Part shown: positions 63,654 through 64,000 of the stretch, piece by piece
Position numbering within the stretch: position 1 is the first letter of the stretch
How the letters are laid out: each line of letters starts with the position of its first letter
Origin: Phenylobacterium sp.
Lineage (GTDB): Bacteria; Pseudomonadota; Alphaproteobacteria; Caulobacterales; Caulobacteraceae
Length of the DNA: 64,000 bases
Reading direction: 5' to 3'
Assembly (NCBI RefSeq): GCF_046590535.1
Contig: NZ_JBKJTG010000251.1
Location: 10,995 to 74,994, forward strand
Notes under the pieces: generated by a model
Database searches by the model: none
Told to the model about the DNA's origin: nothing
What the model saw: the letters and a program-made list of their open reading frames with translations, nothing else
Position numbers and translations under genes: made by a program

Positions 63654-64000
63654 ATGTCGGATCGACTGGGTTTCGGGGCTGTGGAAGACCGCACCATGCC
63701 GGCGGTGGTCTATGGGCTGTACTTTCTTGCCTTCGCCACGGGCGTGACCGCGCTCATCGGGCTGGTCATCGCCTATTCGGCGCGCGGGTCCGCCGGCGCC
63801 CGGACGCAGACCCACTACGACTTTCTGATCCGCACCTTCTGGATGGGGATCGGCTGGGCGATCCTCGGCGGCTGCCTGCTGCTGTTCGGCATCCCGCTCA
63901 GCATCATCCTGGTGGGCATTCCCCTGGTGCTGGTGGGGGGTCTGATCCTCAGCCTGCTGGGCGTCTGGTTCGCCATCCGCCTGATCGTCGGCGTGGTCTA
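63654..64000 (+). CDS. membrane protein (DUF4870-like), 3' end beyond the window
   Basis: ATG at 63654 with the frame open to the window end. TM helices VVYGLYFLAFATGVTALIGLVIAY and FWMGIGWAILGGCLLLFGIPL. Confidence 0.55.
   Translation, partial: MSDRLGFGAVEDRTMPAVVYGLYFLAFATGVTALIGLVIAYSARGSAGARTQTHYDFLIRTFWMGIGWAILGGCLLLFGIPLSIILVGIPLVLVGGLILSLLGVWFAIRLIVGVV

Noticed and set aside
1-64000. Searched by eye for tRNA/rRNA genes, CRISPR repeat-spacer arrays, IS/transposase or integrase genes, and prophage or toxin-antitoxin modules
   Set aside because: None was recognised. The only repeats are the in-frame CopB motif repeats and the two-copy hairpin element. A tRNAscan/Infernal/ISfinder run would be needed to exclude small RNAs formally.

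Overview
The window is a high-GC (roughly 68-70% by eye) chromosomal segment. Gene content and promoter style fit an alphaproteobacterium of the Caulobacterales type; that assignment is an inference. Coding density is high, with about 70 supportable CDS, many joined by 1-4 nt start/stop overlaps. I saw no rRNA, tRNA, CRISPR array, transposase or integrase.

Main blocks, in order:
- 0-5 kb: a conserved zinc-ribbon protein, a decayed permease remnant and a CHASE3 hybrid histidine kinase.
- 5.5-10 kb: a lipoprotein hydrolase and a TetR / CYP153-like P450 / GST unit.
- 10.4-14.7 kb: copper resistance genes, copCD convergent with copAB.
- 16-18.3 kb: a nitronate monooxygenase-like gene and a thiolase.
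- 18.4-36.4 kb: a large sphingolipid (ceramide) locus. It holds serine palmitoyltransferase, ACP, an acyl-ACP synthetase-like ligase, a CerR-like reductase and a bCerS-like GNAT. It also holds a lipid kinase / CDP-alcohol phosphatidyltransferase / nucleotidyltransferase head-group module. Interleaved with these are LptC-, LptF- and LptG-like proteins, a Wzx-like flippase, a TagF-like protein and several nucleotide-activation enzymes.
- 36.7-39.4 kb: an M14-like peptidase.
- 39.7-46.4 kb: an uncharacterised synthase-type exopolysaccharide operon (REC, TPR/YaiO-like outer-membrane barrel, membrane HEAT protein, processive GT2). It sits next to a split HK / REC / Hpt phosphorelay.
- 46.4-64 kb: housekeeping genes (adenine/adenosine deaminase, beta-helix plus dihaem cytochrome pair, sulfotransferase, HNH protein, gluQ, selO, nhaA, ALDH, folB).

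The most interesting candidate is the sphingolipid locus, especially its apparently dedicated Lpt-like, flippase and CDP-activation accessory genes. The EPS/phosphorelay cluster comes second. Other observations are a TetR with two paralogous about 33-aa membrane peptides that share an operator-like motif, and a two-copy dispersed stop-codon-embedded hairpin element.

All family assignments come from motif recognition by eye. No database search was run.
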